DNA from: Chthoniobacterales bacterium
GTDB taxonomy: Bacteria > Verrucomicrobiota > Verrucomicrobiia > Chthoniobacterales > JACTMZ01
Assembly (NCBI GenBank): GCA_018402585.1
Contig: JAGYIO010000002.1
Coordinates: 224,406-288,405 of the forward strand
DNA: 64,000 nucleotides
Direction of reading: 5' to 3'
Both the position numbers and the translations under genes were made by a program. Every line of letters starts with the position of its first letter. The stretch's first letter is position 1. Positions 59,681 to 64,000 of this stretch are shown here, piece after piece. A model generated the notes under the pieces. It saw only the letters and a list, made by a program, of their open reading frames with translations. It did no database searches and was not told the DNA's origin.

Positions 59681-60793
59681 ATGATCCCCGATGGTTATTT
59701 TTCTGCGATGGCCAAGGTGCTTCTTTTCAGTCTTTTCCTACTCCCCTGGGCCTCGCTCCCGGCCGAGTCGATCGAACTGCGGGACGGAACCAAAGTGGAG
59801 GGGAAAATTCTCGCGGTGACAGCCGCCACCGTGCTCCTTGAAGTCCAGACCAGTCCGACCATTCGCGAGGAGAAGTCCTATCCGCGCTCCGAAGTAACCA
59901 AGATTCAGCGCGCCACCCAAGATGATGTCGCTTATGCCGAGGTGGCGGCCTTGACCGTCCCGGCCACCGCGAACAATCCCGCCGTCTATGACGCGCCTCT
60001 GGAGAGAGTGCGCGCATTTATGACCAATTACGCTTACAGCAAACATATGTCCGAGGCGCGCCAGCTGGCCGCGGCACTGGAATCCGATCGGGCCCGCGTG
60101 GCCGCCGGCGAGGTCAAGCTTGATGGCGTGTGGGTCGCGGCAGACGCCTCGCCGGCCGAACGCACCGAACTCGGCGGCCGCGTCCAACTGGCGAAAATGA
60201 AGGAGTCTGCCGACCCGATCACGGCGCTGACTTCGTTCGAGATGATCGAGAAGAACCACCTGACCTCCTCCGCTTTCCCCGAGTCGGTCAAAATGGCCCG
60301 CGAGTCTTTGGCCAAACTTCGCGCCAATCTGCTGCGCGCCCGCGCGGACCTCGATCGTCGAACCCTTGAGCAGGAACAGGGAATAAGGTTGGCCAGCGTG
60401 GACCGCCGCCTGCAGATCGAACAGGGCCTAGCTGAGGAAAAAGCTGCGGTGCAAGCCCAAGTCGAGCGGGCCAAACAAAGCGGCAGCAAGTGGGTGCCTG
60501 TCCTTCTTGACGCCAAGCTGCTCGCGGATTTATCCACTCGGGTGGAAAGCGAGGAGGCCAGACTGTCTAAGATTGACGTCGAGACTCTGGCGGCGGGGGC
60601 AGCTGCCGTCCATCAAGCCCAGCGACAATTGGCTGCGGGCGAGCTCACTGCGGCGAAAGCCAGCCTTGCGCAGGCCCGCGAAGCTTGGCCGCAACATGTT
60701 CTGCTTGCCTCCTTGCAGGAATCGCTCAAAAAATCCGAAACCGAAGCAGTCCCAAAGGCTGCGAATACGGAGAAAGTGCCGACCCAACCATGA
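59681..60793 (+). CDS. Secreted coiled-coil hypothetical protein
   Basis: Signal peptide MAKVLLFSLFLLPWASLPA/ES (alternative start at ATG 59708). An N-terminal small beta domain is followed by a long Ala/Glu/Arg/Leu helical region. The stop overlaps the hisB ATG. Confidence 0.6.
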   Translation: MIPDGYFSAMAKVLLFSLFLLPWASLPAESIELRDGTKVEGKILAVTAATVLLEVQTSPTIREEKSYPRSEVTKIQRATQDDVAYAEVAALTVPATANNPAVYDAPLERVRAFMTNYAYSKHMSEARQLAAALESDRARVAAGEVKLDGVWVAADASPAERTELGGRVQLAKMKESADPITALTSFEMIEKNHLTSSAFPESVKMARESLAKLRANLLRARADLDRRTLEQEQGIRLASVDRRLQIEQGLAEEKAAVQAQVERAKQSGSKWVPVLLDAKLLADLSTRVESEEARLSKIDVETLAAGAAAVHQAQRQLAAGELTAAKASLAQAREAWPQHVLLASLQESLKKSETEAVPKAANTEKVPTQP

Positions 60794-61377
60794 TCCGCTC
60801 TGCCAGCGTCAAAAGAAAAACAAAGGAAACCGACATCGAGTTGCGTTTCGTCGTCGATGGCACTGGCAAGGCGGAGATTTCGACCGGCGTCGGCTTCTTT
60901 GATCATATGCTCGAGCTTTTTACCAAGCATGGGCTCTTCGATCTCAAGCTCACCGCGAAAGGAGATCTCAAGGTCGATGCACACCACACGGTCGAAGATG
61001 TCGGCCTCGCCTTGGGTCAGGCTTTGCGCGAAGCGCTCGGAGAGAAGAAGGGTCTTTGCCGTTACGGATGGTGTCTCTTGCCGATGGACGACGCTTTGGC
61101 CCGCATCGCCCTCGACTGCAGCGGGCGTCCATACCTTGCCTACGAAGCACCCGACGAAGCAGGCTCCATCGGGGACTTTCCCTTCCAATTGCTGGAAGAA
61201 TTTTTCCGCGCCTTCTCCGTGCAGGGCGGCCTCAATTTGCACATTGCCTTGCTCGATGGGCGCGACACGCACCATATGGCGGAAGCCGTCTTCAAGGGTC
61301 TGGCCCGTGCCTTGGACCAGGCCACGCGGATCGACCCGCGGGTGAAAGGGGTGCCCAGCACCAAGGGACAGCTCTGA
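60790..61377 (+). CDS. hisB: Imidazoleglycerol-phosphate dehydratase
   Basis: 195 aa. RKTKETDI, GFFDHML, DAHHTVEDVG and HHMAEAVFKGLARAL. Confidence 0.95.
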   Translation: MIRSASVKRKTKETDIELRFVVDGTGKAEISTGVGFFDHMLELFTKHGLFDLKLTAKGDLKVDAHHTVEDVGLALGQALREALGEKKGLCRYGWCLLPMDDALARIALDCSGRPYLAYEAPDEAGSIGDFPFQLLEEFFRAFSVQGGLNLHIALLDGRDTHHMAEAVFKGLARALDQATRIDPRVKGVPSTKGQL

Positions 61378-61381
61378 CCCC

Positions 61382-62020
61382 ATGGTTTCCCCGCCCCGTG
61401 TGGCCATGATCGACTACGGCAGCGGCAACTTACGCAGTGTGGAGAAAGCGTTGCAGCAGGCCGGGGCTGAAGTGTGGCGCTCTGACTCGCCGGCCGGTCT
61501 GGCCGACTGCGCCGCGGTGGTGCTTCCCGGGGTGGGGTCCTTCGGCGATTGTGCGCGCCGTTTGGAGGAGCGTGGCTTGACCGGACCGTTGCGCTCGTGG
61601 TTGGCCGAGGACCGTCCTTACTTGGGGATTTGCCTCGGCTACCAAATTCTTTTCGAGGGCAGTGAGGAATCTCCCGGGGTCCCCGGCCTGGCACATTGGG
61701 CGGGTCAAGCAGTGCGCTTTCCGGCCCGTCCCCGCCTGAAGGTGCCGCAGATCGGTTGGAACAGCTTGGGTCTGCGCGGCGCTGATCCCTTTTTCTCCGG
61801 ACTGCCGGATCCGGCCTTCGCTTACTTTGTGCACTCTTTTTATCCCGCTCCGGCCGACACCGGGATGGTGACCGCCTCCTGCACCCACGGGGTCGAGTTC
61901 GCCGCCTCGTGCCGCCAAGGTAATGTGCGCGGGGTGCAATTCCATCCGGAGAAAAGTCAGGCCACCGGACTGCGTATGCTCGCAAATTTTGTCGCGGAAA
62001 TAGGCGGAGGAAAATCCTGA
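61382..62020 (+). CDS. hisH: Imidazole glycerol phosphate synthase, glutaminase subunit HisH
   Basis: 212 aa. IDYGSGNLRSV, GICLGYQ, VHSF and QFHPEKS. Confidence 0.95.
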   Translation: MVSPPRVAMIDYGSGNLRSVEKALQQAGAEVWRSDSPAGLADCAAVVLPGVGSFGDCARRLEERGLTGPLRSWLAEDRPYLGICLGYQILFEGSEESPGVPGLAHWAGQAVRFPARPRLKVPQIGWNSLGLRGADPFFSGLPDPAFAYFVHSFYPAPADTGMVTASCTHGVEFAASCRQGNVRGVQFHPEKSQATGLRMLANFVAEIGGGKS

Positions 62021-62748
62021 TGCTCCTCTACCCGGCCATTGATCTGATGGGCGGCCAAGCGGTGCGCCTGCGCCAAGGACGCGCCGAGGACAAGACGGTC
62101 TATTCCGACGATCCGGTCAGCGTGGCCCTTGAGTGGGCCGCACGGGGCGGTGATTGGCTTCATGTTGTGGATCTGGACGCCGCGTTCACGGGTGAACAGT
62201 CCAATTTGGAACTTGTCCGCCGCATGGCCGGGGCGATCGGAATTCCGGTGCAACTCGGCGGTGGTATCCGCGACGAAGCAGCAATCCGCCGGGCGCTCGA
62301 CGCGGGGGTGGCGCGCGTCGTGGTCGGAACACGGGCGGCGGCGGGGGATGATTTCCTGGCGCAGGCGGTCCGGCGATTCGGTGGGGAGAAGATTGCCGTG
62401 GGCATTGATGCCCGCGACGGATTCGTCGCCGTACGTGGCTGGACCGAGGGCACGAAAATCAAGGCTTCCGATCTCGCCAAGCAGGCCGGCGAGTGGGGCG
62501 TGGGGGCTTTGGTTTACACGGATATCGCCACGGATGGAATGCTGCAAGGGCCTAATATAAAATCTGTTGCATCGATCGTGACCGAAACCAAAGCGCCGGT
62601 CATTGCCAGCGGAGGCGTCTCGTCGGCCTCGGATCTTTGTGCCCTTCGCGGCATTGAGGGGCTCTCGGGAGCGATCATCGGGAAAGCGCTTTTTGCTGGT
62701 CTCATCAAGGGCCCACTCCGAGCCGCGATGGCGCAGGTGGACCGATAA
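62020..62748 (+). CDS. hisA: ProFAR isomerase HisA
   Basis: 242 aa. YPAIDL..G..VRL, LHVVDLDAA, QLGGGIR, TDIATDGML and ASGGVSS. Confidence 0.95.
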   Translation: MLLYPAIDLMGGQAVRLRQGRAEDKTVYSDDPVSVALEWAARGGDWLHVVDLDAAFTGEQSNLELVRRMAGAIGIPVQLGGGIRDEAAIRRALDAGVARVVVGTRAAAGDDFLAQAVRRFGGEKIAVGIDARDGFVAVRGWTEGTKIKASDLAKQAGEWGVGALVYTDIATDGMLQGPNIKSVASIVTETKAPVIASGGVSSASDLCALRGIEGLSGAIIGKALFAGLIKGPLRAAMAQVDR

Positions 62749-62798
62749 CCGGGCAGTTTCGTCTTGCTCTCTTTCGGTGCCTCTGCTCCCTTCAAGTT

Positions 62799-63221
62799 AT
62801 GACCCGAACTGTGCTTGTCGCTTCGACCCTTGGCCTTGCCGCCGGCTTTCTCGCCGCCTGCTCACCAGAGAAACCCCCGACCACCCAGCGTAATCGTTAT
62901 GGTTTCGGCGGCACGCAAACCCTTCCCCCGCAACCGCAACAAGCGGGTGCCACCGTGCCATCCTTGACCGGAGTGGATTCCAGTGGCGGCCTGACCGATG
63001 CGGCGCTGGTCAATCCGATCCCGAATCCGACCCCTGCGCCCACGCCGCCGCCGGTCAGCTTGCCGACCCCGGAAATTTCCTACGGCATTCCAGTGCCCGG
63101 AAAGCCCGGCTTCGTGACCAGTCCGCACGCGCCCCAAGCAGGATTCGTCGACGTGCGGGGTTTTCCGCCGGCCACCGAGGTTAAAGACCCCTACACCGGC
63201 CGGATCTTCCTCGTTCCCTGA
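62799..63221 (+). CDS. Pro-rich lipoprotein, unknown function
   Basis: Lipobox LGLAAGFLAAC, a Pro-rich spacer, and a C-terminal motif GKPGFVTSPHAPQAGFVDVRGFPPATEVKDPYTGRIFLVP. Confidence 0.65.
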   Translation: MTRTVLVASTLGLAAGFLAACSPEKPPTTQRNRYGFGGTQTLPPQPQQAGATVPSLTGVDSSGGLTDAALVNPIPNPTPAPTPPPVSLPTPEISYGIPVPGKPGFVTSPHAPQAGFVDVRGFPPATEVKDPYTGRIFLVP

Positions 63222-63275
63222 CCCGCAATTTTCCGGCGTGAGGTCCGCACCCCGGACTGCTATGGTTTGCCGGTC

Positions 63276-64000
63276 ATGCCAAATCTGCCCCCCTCCGTTG
63301 CGGTTTTCGGTCCGGGCTTGATGGGCGGATCTCTCCTCATGGCACTGCGCCAGCGCAGTCCGCAGACCAAACTCGGGGTCTGGGCGCGTCGATGCGAAGC
63401 CGTCGAGGAAGCGCGGTCGCGCGGACTTCTTGATTTCGGCGGAACCGATGCCGCCAGCGTAGCTGCCGATTGCGACCTCGCCGTCCTCTGCCTTCCAGTG
63501 GAACGGCTGGCGGAGTTGGCCGGGGCAATCAAAGATGCCCTCCCGCGGCATGCGGTGATTACCGATGTGGGAAGCGTGAAAAAATTCGTGGTCGAGGAAA
63601 TGGAGGGAATATTTTCCCGCGATGGAAATTTTGTCGGCAGTCATCCCATGTGCGGGTCGGAGGCGGCTGGGCTGAACGCAGCCCAGGCCGATCTCTACCA
63701 AGGCGCCTTGTGTGCTGTCACCCCGACCCCGCGTTCGAGACCGGAGGCGGTGCGCAGTGTTGCCGCTTTGTGGCGCTCGGTCGGCGCGCGGATCCTTGAG
63801 CTGGAACCGGCCGAGCATGACCGAGCCGCGGCCGTCATCAGCCATGTTCCCCACCTGATCGCCGCGCTTCTGGTCGAATTGGCTGCTCGCGGCAAGGCGG
63901 AAGACCGGCAACTTTGTGCCGGTGGCTTCCGCGACACCACACGGATTGCTTCGGGATCGGCCGACCTCTGGACCGGTATTCTGGCTTCGAATCGTGCAGA
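63276..64000 (+). CDS. tyrA: Prephenate/arogenate dehydrogenase, N-terminal part (3' end outside window)
   Basis: This ORF is not in the supplied track because it has no stop within the window. My own translation from ATG 63276 reads MPNLPPSVAVFGPGLMGGSL...ITDVGSVK...FVGSHPMCGSE...HDRAAAVISHVPHL. Confidence 0.8.
   Translation, partial: MPNLPPSVAVFGPGLMGGSLLMALRQRSPQTKLGVWARRCEAVEEARSRGLLDFGGTDAASVAADCDLAVLCLPVERLAELAGAIKDALPRHAVITDVGSVKKFVVEEMEGIFSRDGNFVGSHPMCGSEAAGLNAAQADLYQGALCAVTPTPRSRPEAVRSVAALWRSVGARILELEPAEHDRAAAVISHVPHLIAALLVELAARGKAEDRQLCAGGFRDTTRIASGSADLWTGILASNRA

Overview
GC-rich, very densely packed bacterial chromosomal segment. The Pro/Ala-rich envelope proteins, TPM/DoxX/DUF1460 genes and frequent ATGA stop/start overlaps suggest a Verrucomicrobiota (Opitutales-like) origin, but this is inference only. 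I call about 67 CDS, and almost all are housekeeping. In order they include: ruvB (3' part); an ABC exporter/TolC operon; argS-ptsN; a class-III aminotransferase; a solitary nuoA; a saccharopine dehydrogenase/ALDH pair; coaX; a UDG-family gene; a pyrR-pyrB-pyrC-pyrF-guaB-guaA string with divergent pyrD; tandem TPM-domain genes; exbB-exbD-tonB; gap-pgk; pgpH-ybeY-clpS-recO; prmA; lysA; fur-sufCBD; a 2-oxoacid dehydrogenase E1a/E1b/E2 set; an Opp/Dpp-like ABC importer; rph-gmd; rpmB; lhgO; hisBHA; and the tyrA 5' part. I saw no rRNA, tRNA, CRISPR array or recognisable defence or toxin locus. The only clearly accessory DNA is a 1.4-kb IS (42293-43693, rve/DDE transposase) inserted between a DUF1460 gene and fur. 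The IS carries the feature most worth a second look: a 115-nt element (42337-42451) in which 86 nt form five perfectly Watson-Crick paired stems, lying between the transposase stop and the left inverted repeat. Other points of interest are a degenerate third copy of the IS end just outside the element, an eroded membrane/TPR pseudogene (one in-frame TAG plus two compensating frameshifts), an orphan nuoA, and a few unusual gene couplings. I did not find convincing evidence for a whole new multi-gene system. All family assignments come from reading motifs in the translations, not from database searches.
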